A DNA stretch of 20,000 bases from an uncultured virus (IMG/VR IMGVR_UViG_3300011008_000050) (Duplodnaviria; Heunggongvirae; Uroviricota; Caudoviricetes). Positions 8,422-17,217 of this stretch are shown piece by piece. Both the position numbers and the translations under genes were made by a program. The stretch lies in the IMG/VR virus record IMGVR_UViG_3300011008_000050, one strand, 5' to 3'. The notes under the pieces were generated by a model that was not told the origin of the DNA, did no database searches, and saw nothing but the letters and a program-made list of their open reading frames with translations. How positions within the stretch are numbered: the first letter of the stretch is position 1; the number at the start of each line of letters is the position of its first letter.

Positions 8422-9018
8422 TTACTGAACAGCACGAACCGAGAAACCATAGTACCGAGTGTCGTAGATCTGCGGACTGACATTCGAACTATAGAAGTAC
8501 AAGTAGTATGCGCCGGAACTACCGCGGAACGAGGCAGACCAGTAGCTCCCGAGGGAACCACGACTGTAGAGCGACGTACCATAGTAGTAGCCAGCAGCAG
8601 GCAAGAAAATAGAATTGCCGTTAATCTTAGAGGTGAATAGACAGCCCTTCTTTCCCTTCACATCGACCCAACTACGTTTGCAGTTGTCGTAAAGTTCTTG
8701 GAAGTCTTCTTTCGTAGGCATGTGCCAGTCGCCACCAAGCATAGCGTGAGCGGCATCGTGTTCAAGCGGCAGATCAGTATCTATCTTCGATGCTGGTCTA
8801 TCTTCGTAGTCTGACCGATAGAATGTGTCATCACTACCATCCTCATGCCCCTCAGTGTCACCCCATGCGAAATAGAGTCCGCTTTCGTTAGGAGTGTTGG
8901 CTCCAAGATTCATATTTGCCCATTTACGTCCAGATGGCAAGCCAAGGTCAACGGCTTCGAGTGACGGGGTGGCGGTGTGCACCCTTGCTTCTTGGTTTTC
9001 TGAAAGTTCTTGTTTCAT
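8422..9018 (-). CDS. CLec-fold (F. succinogenes major paralogous domain-like) protein; probable DGR target, 198 aa
   Basis: Motifs AVDLGLPSGRKWANMNLGA, GLYFAWG, WHMPT, IFLPAAG, YWSAS and C-terminal GFSVRAVQ*. The 3' end is Y/S/G-rich and dominated by NNY codons. Confidence 0.8.
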   Translation of the reverse strand: MKQELSENQEARVHTATPSLEAVDLGLPSGRKWANMNLGANTPNESGLYFAWGDTEGHEDGSDDTFYRSDYEDRPASKIDTDLPLEHDAAHAMLGGDWHMPTKEDFQELYDNCKRSWVDVKGKKGCLFTSKINGNSIFLPAAGYYYGTSLYSRGSLGSYWSASFRGSSGAYYLYFYSSNVSPQIYDTRYYGFSVRAVQ

Positions 9019-9034
9019 AATGATTTTACAGGTG

Positions 9035-9883
9035 TTAATGGTGGCTGTTGTCAGTCACAGGTGAAACTTGTTTTGTTTTTGTTGTAGGTGGTGGTACGGC
9101 TTCTGCAACTCGTTTTTCGTATTCCTTTTCCCAAGCTTTCCTTTCGAGTTCACGCTGGATGGCTTCTTCTTCAAGTCTGGCTTTTTGTGGATTGAGACGC
9201 TGTTCGTGCTCTTTCCATTTTTTGAGTGCGACGGTGAAGTACTTCCATTTTTTGCGGAAGGGTTCGTTGGCTGCGATTTCGAGACAGGCTTGTTCGAGGC
9301 GGCGCAGGGTGCCATAGAGACACTTGATTTCCGTCCATCCATCTTCGCTGGGTGGTCTCATACGGGTGAGTTCCGGCGCGTTCTTTTGCAGCCAGCCTTC
9401 AAAGTCGCTGTAGGTGAGCTTGGTTTTGCCTTTTGTGGCTGGTTTTGGAGTCTCGCATGGCGGCACAGCATCAGCGTCAGAGGTGTCGCAGGGCGGTGCC
9501 TGGGTGTCTGTATTGGTGCTGGTCTGTTTGCGGCTGTTTGCGGTGGCTTCACCTCCTCTTCTTCCTGCCTCCGCCCTTGTCTTGCTAATAGATTCCCTTT
9601 TACCCATTCTTTCGAGGAACGACTTGGAGTAGAAGAACTTATTGTCTTCAGTAAATTCAAATAACCCATAGTTCTCGACAACGGATTTTACGAGTGCAGC
9701 GTCTTCACGTAGGTCAAAGGCTATCAAGTTGTAATCTTTGGCACACATGTAGTCGTTTTCTTCGCGCATTCTTTCGAGTATCATGAAGTAAACTCCATAT
9801 CCTGCTGATTTGTGTTGCATTCGCAAGCGTATGAGCTTTTCATCGTTTCGCGCGTTGCTGTCGTGTGGGAAGTAGTTATGCAT
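9035..9883 (-). CDS. DUF4373 (Lin1244/Lin1753-like) phage replication initiator
   Basis: N-terminal YFPHDSNARNDEKLIRLRMQHKSAGYGVYFMILE and RAEAGRRGG, followed by a low-complexity linker. Confidence 0.85.
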   Translation of the reverse strand: MHNYFPHDSNARNDEKLIRLRMQHKSAGYGVYFMILERMREENDYMCAKDYNLIAFDLREDAALVKSVVENYGLFEFTEDNKFFYSKSFLERMGKRESISKTRAEAGRRGGEATANSRKQTSTNTDTQAPPCDTSDADAVPPCETPKPATKGKTKLTYSDFEGWLQKNAPELTRMRPPSEDGWTEIKCLYGTLRRLEQACLEIAANEPFRKKWKYFTVALKKWKEHEQRLNPQKARLEEEAIQRELERKAWEKEYEKRVAEAVPPPTTKTKQVSPVTDNSHH

Positions 9884-9896
9884 GGCTTTAGGGTTT

Positions 9897-10337
9897 TTAT
9901 TTGGAATTGCCAGGGAGGTGGGAATCGGATAGATAGTTGTTGATTTCGCGCATGAAGTCGTAGAGTGAGCGGCATACGACGTATTTGTAGCCGTCTTGCT
10001 CGATGAGTCGTTGCCAGGAGCGTTGCGTGTCGGCCTGGCGACCCGTGCGTGTCTTCATTTCGATGAGGAGTGCGCCGTGATGTGCGTTGGGCTTGAGCAG
10101 GATGAGGTCTGCGACTCCGGGGAGTACGCCTTCTGCCTTCATCTTGGCAGCAGTCACCTTGTCACGATGGCCACCGTTTGGGACGGCGAAGAGGTTGTGG
10201 CGGCAGTGTGGGTATTGATAGCGGAACCACTGGAGGCAAGCGCACTGGATGCGGTGCTCTTCATCGTCAGGACGCTTGCGCGACTTTGTTCTTTGTCGCG
10301 CAAGCATCTGTTCAAAGGTTTGTCGGAGATTGCTCAT
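9897..10337 (-). CDS. VRR-NUC domain nuclease (Holliday junction resolvase-like)
   Basis: Motifs EEHRIQ, FAVPNGG, GVLPGVADL, IEMKT and GRQ..Q. Confidence 0.9.
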   Translation of the reverse strand: MSNLRQTFEQMLARQRTKSRKRPDDEEHRIQCACLQWFRYQYPHCRHNLFAVPNGGHRDKVTAAKMKAEGVLPGVADLILLKPNAHHGALLIEMKTRTGRQADTQRSWQRLIEQDGYKYVVCRSLYDFMREINNYLSDSHLPGNSK

Positions 10338-11104
10338 TACACTTCGATGATGGGGATCTCAGGAGCGAACTCCCTGATAAGGTTAATCTGTTCGTCAATG
10401 AGGCGGTCGCGCACTTCCTCAACGATGGATTCAGCATCAGGTGAAATCAATTCCAGTGCCACATCACGCCCGTTGACGGTTGCAATGACCTCAATCTCTA
10501 TCTCTTCGGGAGCAGCACCCTTATAGATGGGTATGCAGACCTTGAAGGAATCAGGGAGGTTGGAGTTGACCACCTTCTTATAGACATCGGTGACTGAGCC
10601 GTTATCCTTCTTCTCACGCTCGACCTCGGTCTCAATCTTGGCACGGAAGGCTTTCAGGTTGGAAACGAGAACCATGTTCTCGGCACGGTCTTTGAAGTAG
10701 GAGCGGTTGATGCGGAAGAAGTTTGCAAGGTCTTCGGGCATAAACTGAACGTCCATATTGACACCGAAAGCCTTGAACTGGCGAGACAACTCAATCTTGC
10801 CCGTAACGGTCATGATGTTGCGCTCGTCGGTCTCGTTGCAGACAAGCATCATCTTCAGGTTGTCACGGTCAACGACGATGTGAGTCCGTGCATGGTCAAT
10901 CTGCGGAACTTCTTCTTTTGAATCCATTGGTGCATCCCAACGCTTCTGAAGGAAAACGTATGGTGCCGTGATTGTACCAGTGATGCCAACCTTCTTAGGT
11001 TCCAAGATGGGTAGCGGCTCGTTGACGTGGTTGGTCTCACGAATGATCAGTTCCTTTACGGTTTCGCCCTCGGCGAAGTTGATGTTTAATTTCTCTGTGT
11101 CCAT
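10337..11104 (-). CDS. Conserved-looking hypothetical phage protein, 255 aa
   Basis: AT-rich leader, 1-bp overlap with VRR-NUC, normal globular composition. Confidence 0.8.
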   Translation of the reverse strand: MDTEKLNINFAEGETVKELIIRETNHVNEPLPILEPKKVGITGTITAPYVFLQKRWDAPMDSKEEVPQIDHARTHIVVDRDNLKMMLVCNETDERNIMTVTGKIELSRQFKAFGVNMDVQFMPEDLANFFRINRSYFKDRAENMVLVSNLKAFRAKIETEVEREKKDNGSVTDVYKKVVNSNLPDSFKVCIPIYKGAAPEEIEIEVIATVNGRDVALELISPDAESIVEEVRDRLIDEQINLIREFAPEIPIIEV

Positions 11105-11137
11105 TGTTTTGTGGATTTTGATTGTTGATAAAGTTGT

Positions 11138-11734
11138 TTATTCTCCTTGTGTGGAAAGACTACGTGAAACGACGTTGGGAAGAATGGGCTTGACCCAAAC
11201 GTGTGAGCCATCAGCAAGCATAAGTTTCTTGCATCCGGGCATGTCAGGCTCATTCTCACCTTCATTGCAGCGACCAGCATCAATGATGGTAGTTCCAATG
11301 ATTGAATCGGTTTCGTTCTTCTGAGCCAGTTGCGCGTCCTGTGCTTCCTTTGAGCGCATTTCCTCCTTTGCATCGTCGATGCGCTGTGCGAGTGTGGCAA
11401 GATAGCCCGACATGGCATTGGACTGATTGACCAGCCTGTCCATAGACTTCTGCGGGAGCGCACGGAAATCCTCTGTGAGCATGAAAGCCGTAGCCTTCAG
11501 GAAATTGTCGCGTACCTGGGCGAACTCAATACGCATACGGTCGAGCCGTGTTTCCGAAGGCATGTAAGTCTCTTCAAACACAGACTTAGGCGACCATGAC
11601 TGATAGCCATCAGGATATTGGATGAAATAGCCCTCAGACTCCTTGCAGTCAATCGTGCGGTTCAACTTCTGTTCTGCTTCACTCTTTGCCATCGGCATAG
11701 CCTTGATGGTCTTCGTACCTGTGTACTGTTTCAT
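11138..11734 (-). CDS. Two-domain phage protein: N-terminal GYxxxYxDGYxSWSPKxVFE domain plus crAss001 gp48-related helical domain
   Basis: MKQYTGTKTIKAMPM...EGYFIQYPDGYQSWSPKSVFEETY followed by LDRMRIE...QSNAMSGYLATLAQRI. Confidence 0.7.
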   Translation of the reverse strand: MKQYTGTKTIKAMPMAKSEAEQKLNRTIDCKESEGYFIQYPDGYQSWSPKSVFEETYMPSETRLDRMRIEFAQVRDNFLKATAFMLTEDFRALPQKSMDRLVNQSNAMSGYLATLAQRIDDAKEEMRSKEAQDAQLAQKNETDSIIGTTIIDAGRCNEGENEPDMPGCKKLMLADGSHVWVKPILPNVVSRSLSTQGE

Positions 11735-11766
11735 TTTGTTTTTTTGAATTTAATTGTTATTGACTG

Positions 11767-11790
11767 GTCGCCATGACATGGCGACATACT
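11767..11790. repeat. Hairpin GTCGCCA-TGACA-TGGCGAC-ATACT; a looser member of the dispersed repeat family
   Basis: Perfect inverted repeat 3 bp after the stop of 11794..12228. Shares the CATACT tail with the 17218 copy. Confidence 0.5.
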
Positions 11791-11793
11791 TAA

Positions 11794-12228
11794 CTACTCA
11801 TTAGCCGCCTTGCGCTGGACGGTGAAAAGAGTTGGCTGGCGCAGTTCCTCGCGTGTTGCCGGACGTGAGGAAACGAGGATTCCTTCTGCATTGTAGAAGC
11901 AAGCCATCTTTTCCTCTCGCTCGATGAAGCAATAGCACTTCTCGCGCACCGTCTTACCTTTGGACTTGATGTCAGCAAGTAGAGCCGTGCGTGTTTCTTT
12001 GAGCGGTTTCAGTTCAAGGTTCATGTTTGCACGATAATCCTTGATGTCTTCTTCGATGTCATTGATACGGATGCACGTCTCGGAAAGTTCAGTCTTCTTC
12101 CTTGCCAGTTCATCAGAATCAAATGCTTTGTGGTAGTCCATTTCCACCACGCTGTCTGCATTGTCGATGAGGAAGTTCTTTCGGGCTTCAAGGTCGGCAA
12201 TGTCCTGTCCTAATACTTTTTGAATCAT
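11794..12228 (-). CDS. Hypothetical phage protein, 144 aa (coiled coil plus C-terminal beta domain)
   Basis: AT-rich leader and operon context. Confidence 0.8.
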   Translation of the reverse strand: MIQKVLGQDIADLEARKNFLIDNADSVVEMDYHKAFDSDELARKKTELSETCIRINDIEEDIKDYRANMNLELKPLKETRTALLADIKSKGKTVREKCYCFIEREEKMACFYNAEGILVSSRPATREELRQPTLFTVQRKAANE

Positions 12229-12257
12229 ACTTAAAAATTTTTATTGGGTTATTACTT

Positions 12258-12284
12258 CCATGCGGTAAAACCGCACGGCACACT
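12258..12284. repeat. Dispersed hairpin repeat (CCATGCGG-TAAAA-CCGCACGG-CACACT)
   Basis: Directly abuts the HU stop codon and has the same geometry as the other copies. Confidence 0.75.
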
Positions 12285-12557
12285 TTACTTTACCTGTTCT
12301 TTCAGTTCCTTGCAGGGAATGAACTTCACGACCTTACGTTCAGGTACGGTGACAGAGGTTCCACGGGTGATGTTGCGGGCAGTCTTGGCGGCACGCTGCT
12401 CAATGCGGAATGTTCCGAATCCACGGAGATAGATGTTTTCTCCACGGAAGAATGCCCTTGTGGCAGAATGCATGAGTGCTTCGATGGCTTCAAGAGCCTG
12501 AGACTTCGTAAGTCTTGTGTTGCTGACCATTTCGTCAGCGAGGTCATTTTTTGTCAT
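12285..12557 (-). CDS. hup: HU/IHF family DNA-binding protein
   Basis: Motifs MTKNDL, IYLRGFGTF, ARNITRG and VPERKVVKFIPCKELKEQVK. Confidence 0.95.
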   Translation of the reverse strand: MTKNDLADEMVSNTRLTKSQALEAIEALMHSATRAFFRGENIYLRGFGTFRIEQRAAKTARNITRGTSVTVPERKVVKFIPCKELKEQVK

Positions 12558-12744
12558 TGTCTTGTTGTTTTTTTAAGTTATTTGATAGTTTTTTTGTCAT
12601 AAGGCGCATGCGCCTTATGCGATTTTGCAAACGTAGTGTGCCAACCCCCATCTTGCGTTTACGTGCTACTTCCTGTTCCGTGAGGGTGGTGCCATCGATG
12701 AGAAACTGGATGATGTTCTTGATGTCTGTCTTGCTTATTTCCAT
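12544..12744 (-). CDS. Small basic hypothetical protein, 66 aa
   Basis: Overlaps both neighbours by 10-14 bp. Confidence 0.65.
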   Translation of the reverse strand: MEISKTDIKNIIQFLIDGTTLTEQEVARKRKMGVGTLRLQNRIRRMRLMTKKLSNNLKKQQDNDKK

Positions 12745-14213
12745 GATGTTATTGTTTTCTCGTCGGCAAAACCGTCGGGTACAGTGTTTTTTTCTGTTTC
12801 GTCGGCAAAACCGTTGGGCACAGTGAATAATGAGGTGACCAGTTCGTCGAAGTAGGCTTCGGAGGTTGGAATGTCATCGTCGGAGGCCATGATTTGGCTT
12901 GCGATGGACTTTTTACGATGGATGATGTTGTAGAGCGCGAAGTCGATGGTTGCCCTGCCAATGAGGTAGTAGCAGGTCACGTTGTCACGTTGTCCGATGC
13001 GGTGTGCACGGTCTTCGCACTGGCAGCAGTCGGCATAGGTCCATGGGAATTCCACGAAAGCGACATTGGACGATGCTGTGAGGGTGAGGCCGACACCAGC
13101 AGCCTTGATGGAGCAGATGATGAGCCTGGCATGGCCGGACTGAAAGGCATCGACGGCAGCTTGTTTTGCCGTGAGGCTGTCACGCCCTGTAACACGGACG
13201 GCATGAGGGAAGGCACGGCAGAGGGCATCCACGATGTCGTGATAGGAGCAGAAGATGATGAGCTGCTTGCCTGATGCGAGGAAGTTTCGGGTAAAGTCGA
13301 TGGCCTGTTTCACTTTTCCCATGGCTGAGAGTGAGCGTAGTGTCATGAACTTGACCAGTGCTTCCATGCGCATTTTTCGCCGTATCTCAACATCGGTGCA
13401 CTCCTTGTACTGGCGAAGGTATTCAGCGAGATTGGTGGCAGCAAGGTTGTATTCGTCGCGGTTGGAAATATCGACGTAGAGGTCGCAGCGTGTCTTTTCG
13501 GGCAGTTCCGTCAGGACTTTTGCCTTTTCCCTGCGGATGAGGCAGGAGGAATAGAGCCGTGATGAAAGTTCGTTCAGGTTCTCGCCGTCGCCATACATGG
13601 AGAGGAAAGCTCCCTTTCCACCGAACTCGCTCAGGCGGTTCATGATGGAGAGTTGTGAGACGAGGTCTTCAGGACGGTTGACCACAGGTGTTCCTGACAG
13701 GAGTATGCACCAGCGTTTGCCTGTTGCAATGCCCTTGGTGAAGATGGTCTGCCCGGTAGAGGGGTCTTTCACACGATGTGATTCGTCGATGATGATGGAC
13801 TTGAAGAGTTTGATGTGTGGGCAGAAGACAACGTCTTTGAGGCGAAAGGACTTGCCGCCCTTGATGTCCCAGACGAAGAACTTGCGCAGGGATTCATAGT
13901 TGACAATGGCGACATGGTGCATCTTCATTTGCAGCAGGTACGGCCAGGTGGTGCGGGTGTTATTGTCGAGAACGAGGGCTTTCTTGTCGGTGAACTTCTC
14001 GAATTCGCGCTGCCAGTTGATTTTTAGCGAGGAAGGACAGATAACGAGGCATGGATAGGCGTTGGCTGTATCTACGATGCCGATGGATTGCAGTGTCTTG
14101 CCAAGGCCTGGTTCATCGCCGATGATAAGGCGTTGCTTTTGAAGCCCGAAGCGTATGCCCTCCAGCTGGTAGGGGTAGGGCTGCACTTTTAGATGATGTT
14201 GAAGTTCTGTCAT
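12735..14213 (-). CDS. SNF2-family (SMARCAL1/HARP-like) helicase
   Basis: Motifs GDEPGLGKT, DESH, LSGTP, GVGLTLT and QCEDRAHRIGQ. Confidence 0.93.
   Translation of the reverse strand: MTELQHHLKVQPYPYQLEGIRFGLQKQRLIIGDEPGLGKTLQSIGIVDTANAYPCLVICPSSLKINWQREFEKFTDKKALVLDNNTRTTWPYLLQMKMHHVAIVNYESLRKFFVWDIKGGKSFRLKDVVFCPHIKLFKSIIIDESHRVKDPSTGQTIFTKGIATGKRWCILLSGTPVVNRPEDLVSQLSIMNRLSEFGGKGAFLSMYGDGENLNELSSRLYSSCLIRREKAKVLTELPEKTRCDLYVDISNRDEYNLAATNLAEYLRQYKECTDVEIRRKMRMEALVKFMTLRSLSAMGKVKQAIDFTRNFLASGKQLIIFCSYHDIVDALCRAFPHAVRVTGRDSLTAKQAAVDAFQSGHARLIICSIKAAGVGLTLTASSNVAFVEFPWTYADCCQCEDRAHRIGQRDNVTCYYLIGRATIDFALYNIIHRKKSIASQIMASDDDIPTSEAYFDELVTSLFTVPNGFADETEKNTVPDGFADEKTITSWK
12760..12825. repeat. 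Tandem pair of the dispersed repeat (39-bp period), translated as the helicase C-terminal tail
   Basis: TCGTCGG-CAAAA-CCGTCGG-GTACAGTG and TCGTCGG-CAAAA-CCGTTGG-GCACAGTG, encoding TVPDGFADE and TVPNGFADE. Confidence 0.85.
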
Positions 14214-14229
14214 ATTCTTCTGTTGGGTT

Positions 14230-14255
14230 CTGACGGCAGAAGCGTCAGGCGCAGT
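14230..14255. repeat. Dispersed hairpin repeat (CTGACGG-CAGAA-GCGTCAG-GCGCAGT) overlapping a stop codon
   Basis: CTGACG/CGTCAG stem with the same loop. Supplies the TGA of 14245..14925. Confidence 0.7.
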
Positions 14256-14925
14256 TTAAGTTAAGACACCAATACTGGAAAGCCAGTTCTTCATACTTGG
14301 CACGTCCACGCTCATAGGTGGCATCGCCACGATGTATGAAGTGCTTGAAGACACGGTTTGTTTTCTTGCTGATGGCGTAGATGAAGTCACGGTCGGTGCC
14401 GGCAATGTCCATGTACCAGGCGCGGCTGCGGTCCCAGTCGAAGAAGTCAATGGCTTCTTCAAACTCCTTCTGTGTTGAGGCGAAAGTGGTTTTGAGGTCT
14501 CCGCCAATGTTGACACCAACCTTTTCTTTCGGTAGCCACCAGTCCCATTTGCACCGTGTATCAAGCATGAAGGGAAACTGACTATACTCAAATCGTTGGT
14601 TCAGACGCACCATGATGTGCTGCGTGTTGGCTTCATTGAGGACGATATTGAGGAACTGGTCTTTTATCGCTTCCCTTCTAAGTGCACCGAACATTTCCTC
14701 TGCATGGCGAAACTCGTCTTCCGTGTACTGTTCATCATCGACGGTGAGGGTGTAGAAGTTGACCCGTTTCGGCTCTGTGATGATGGCATCGACGAGGTTA
14801 CCGAATCGGAAGGCTGTCTCGCGGTCTCCGAACTGGAGGCGAGGGTGCAGAAGGTTTTTGAGGGTGGTGAGGTCTGAGTTGGAGACCTCACTACGGTGAT
14901 AGTATGTGTCGGGGTTGGAGCTCAT
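14245..14925 (-). CDS. PD-(D/E)XK exonuclease, RecE/exonuclease VIII-like (DUF3799 type)
   Basis: YY...VSNSDL, FRFGNLVDAIITEP, RCKWD and GDLKTT; lies near recT. Confidence 0.8.
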   Translation of the reverse strand: MSSNPDTYYHRSEVSNSDLTTLKNLLHPRLQFGDRETAFRFGNLVDAIITEPKRVNFYTLTVDDEQYTEDEFRHAEEMFGALRREAIKDQFLNIVLNEANTQHIMVRLNQRFEYSQFPFMLDTRCKWDWWLPKEKVGVNIGGDLKTTFASTQKEFEEAIDFFDWDRSRAWYMDIAGTDRDFIYAISKKTNRVFKHFIHRGDATYERGRAKYEELAFQYWCLNLNCA

Positions 14926-14942
14926 GCGCTTTCTTTATTTAT

Positions 14943-14969
14943 CCCTGCGGCAGAACCGCAGGGCACAGT
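14943..14969. repeat. Dispersed hairpin repeat (CCCTGCGG-CAGAA-CCGCAGGG-CACAGT)
   Basis: Perfect 8-bp stem abutting the stop codon of 14969..16165. Confidence 0.85.
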
Positions 14970-16165
14970 TACTTTGCTTTGACTTCGTCTTCGTAGGAGA
15001 TGTGTTCGGACTTGATGATTGTTCCTTCTTTTGCCATCTTTTCGCAGAATGTGATTTGCTTCTTGAATATCTTTGTCAGTTCTTCGATTGGAAGTTTGCA
15101 GCCTTCGGAAAGCCACCACATGCTGAATATTTCAGGGAAAGCTTCGGCATTGAGGGGAACGAGTCTTTTTTTGACTTGTGTCTTTGGCTGGTAGGCTGGG
15201 GCGGAGATTTGGGCTGCATCGAACAATCCTTTGATTTCAGTCTGTTTGGCTTGCATTTCTGCTTCCTTTCTCTGTTGTTGTTCCCGCTTTGCGCGTTCTT
15301 CGGCCAGCCTTGCAGCTTCTGCTGCATCTTTTTCGGCCATTTCCTTGCGGATGCGTTCTGCTTCTTCTGCGTTTGCGCTTGCGGCTTTTTCCAGTTCCTG
15401 GCGCTTAGATGGCATGAGGTCGAGGATGCGCTGGCGTTCAGCTGTCATTGCCTGTTCGAACTCTTTCTTGAAGGATGGTAGTAGTTGCTGGAGTGTGTCT
15501 TCACGTATCTGCTTCAACTCGTCTGCATCTATGAGGCCAGCCAGTGGGAGCGGGGCGGAAGAACGTACTGTCTGTGTGTAATCTTCAGGGAAAAAGTGGA
15601 CTGTATTTTGAATTTCAGCCAGACGCTGTTCGTAGTTGTCGAGGCTAACGGTTGTGAACAGTCCCTGCAGCCCTTCGATGTGGAAATCAAGAAAGCCTTG
15701 GAAGTCATTGCGGTAGTCGCTATCGCAGTCGGAGCGGTACTTGGCTTTGGCTTGTTCTATTTGCTGGCGACGCATGGCTTCACGCTGGCGTTGCGCTTCT
15801 TCTTCACGTTTCTTGGCTGCGTATCGGTTGCGTTCCTGCTGGATGAGGAAGGGGACGGTTCCGCTTTTTGTAAGGTCGATGGCGTTCTCCATGCCTGTGA
15901 ACTGGGTGCGGATGTCGTCGAAGAGTTTTGTGAGCGGTGAACGCTTGTCGTTCATCTTTCGGATAGTCTTTCGGGCTTTCTCTATGAAGATGGCGGCTTG
16001 CTGGTCGAGTTCGTCGGTCATGCCTTGTTGCATCTTTGCCAGCAGTTGTTTGCCAGCTTCGATGCAGCGGTCACGGCTGACAGCGTTTTCGTTGAAGGCG
16101 GCTGGAGCCGAGGACACAATGGTGTCGATGTTTTCCTTTCGGATGATTGCGAAATCTGTATGCAT
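14969..16165 (-). CDS. Coiled-coil protein of the recombination module, 398 aa
   Basis: Long E/Q/R/K/A-rich helical stretches; sits between recT and the exonuclease. Confidence 0.75.
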   Translation of the reverse strand: MHTDFAIIRKENIDTIVSSAPAAFNENAVSRDRCIEAGKQLLAKMQQGMTDELDQQAAIFIEKARKTIRKMNDKRSPLTKLFDDIRTQFTGMENAIDLTKSGTVPFLIQQERNRYAAKKREEEAQRQREAMRRQQIEQAKAKYRSDCDSDYRNDFQGFLDFHIEGLQGLFTTVSLDNYEQRLAEIQNTVHFFPEDYTQTVRSSAPLPLAGLIDADELKQIREDTLQQLLPSFKKEFEQAMTAERQRILDLMPSKRQELEKAASANAEEAERIRKEMAEKDAAEAARLAEERAKREQQQRKEAEMQAKQTEIKGLFDAAQISAPAYQPKTQVKKRLVPLNAEAFPEIFSMWWLSEGCKLPIEELTKIFKKQITFCEKMAKEGTIIKSEHISYEDEVKAK

Positions 16166-16183
16166 GATTGTATGTGTGTTAAG

Positions 16184-17188
16184 TTAGAATGTTCCATCAT
16201 CTTCACCTGCAGCACCAGCAGAAGGGTCAACTGTCACACCTGCTGATGTGTCGGCAGGGTTGCCGAAGGGTGTATTTGTGTCTTGTGGCATGACCTGGTC
16301 TTGCTGTCCTTCCACATGATAGAAATCATCAATGTTGGCCTGTTCCTCTTCTGGCTGCTGTGACTCCAGTTCGGCCTTTCCGATACGCATTTTCGGATAG
16401 GTCTTGAAGGCGTGTTTGATGAGTTTGGCACAGAGGAAGCCGCTGTCTATTTTACCGTTGTTGGCTGTGTAGAGTGCATTGGGAACTTCTATATACTTGT
16501 TGGCATTGGCATCCCACTTCTTGTTTGCCTTTCCGGAATAGGTCAGCAGACGCATCCAGTCTTCTTCCAGCATGACTGCGTAGTCGATGGAACCGTCTGA
16601 GCGAGTGATGCGGAGGTAGGCGGCAATGACGTGGTTTGACGTGTGAGGGAGGTGGCAGGTGTAGGATACTTGCTTTCGTCCGTCCTGGTCGGAAAACGAG
16701 AAGTTGTCTTCCTCATAGACGAGGACGGGATTGTCGGCATGACGAATCTGCCCGGAACGTGCGCGAAGCACCAATTCGCCGTAGCCGCTGATGGTAAGCA
16801 CGAGGCGACCTTCATACTGGTACATGATGTTGCCCTGACGGTCACGCAGGGGCTGTCCGCTGGTGTCGAGCTTTGGGACGTTGGTCTTGTAGTTGCGTCC
16901 CATGAGGTAGCAGAGTGCACGGGCACCTGGTTCTAATGACAGGCCGCAGACGGCGAGGTCGATGAACGATGTGAAGATGGAGAACTTGGATGCCTTCTGC
17001 AACTTCTCATCATCACGAAGGATGGCATTGAAGTGGATGCTTTCGCGCTGATAGGCTGGTTCTCCGCTACCAGCACCCCAAAGGGTGTCGTGAATCTGGA
17101 TGAAGCGTGTGCGCACGGCTTCTGACTGGATGATGTCGAGGGGGTTGAGCTTGTTGATTTGCTCAATGGTAAGTTGAATGCTACTCAT
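16184..17188 (-). CDS. recT: RecT-family single-strand annealing protein, 334 aa (start ATG at 17188, MSSIQLT)
   Basis: SIFTSFIDLAVCGLSLEP...CYL, LTISGYGELVL, VYEEDNF, AKLIKHAFK and an acidic tail. A-rich leader precedes 17188. Confidence 0.85.
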   Translation of the reverse strand: MSSIQLTIEQINKLNPLDIIQSEAVRTRFIQIHDTLWGAGSGEPAYQRESIHFNAILRDDEKLQKASKFSIFTSFIDLAVCGLSLEPGARALCYLMGRNYKTNVPKLDTSGQPLRDRQGNIMYQYEGRLVLTISGYGELVLRARSGQIRHADNPVLVYEEDNFSFSDQDGRKQVSYTCHLPHTSNHVIAAYLRITRSDGSIDYAVMLEEDWMRLLTYSGKANKKWDANANKYIEVPNALYTANNGKIDSGFLCAKLIKHAFKTYPKMRIGKAELESQQPEEEQANIDDFYHVEGQQDQVMPQDTNTPFGNPADTSAGVTVDPSAGAAGEDDGTF

Positions 17189-17217
17189 GATGTTTTGTTT
17201 TTTTATTGTTAATACTG

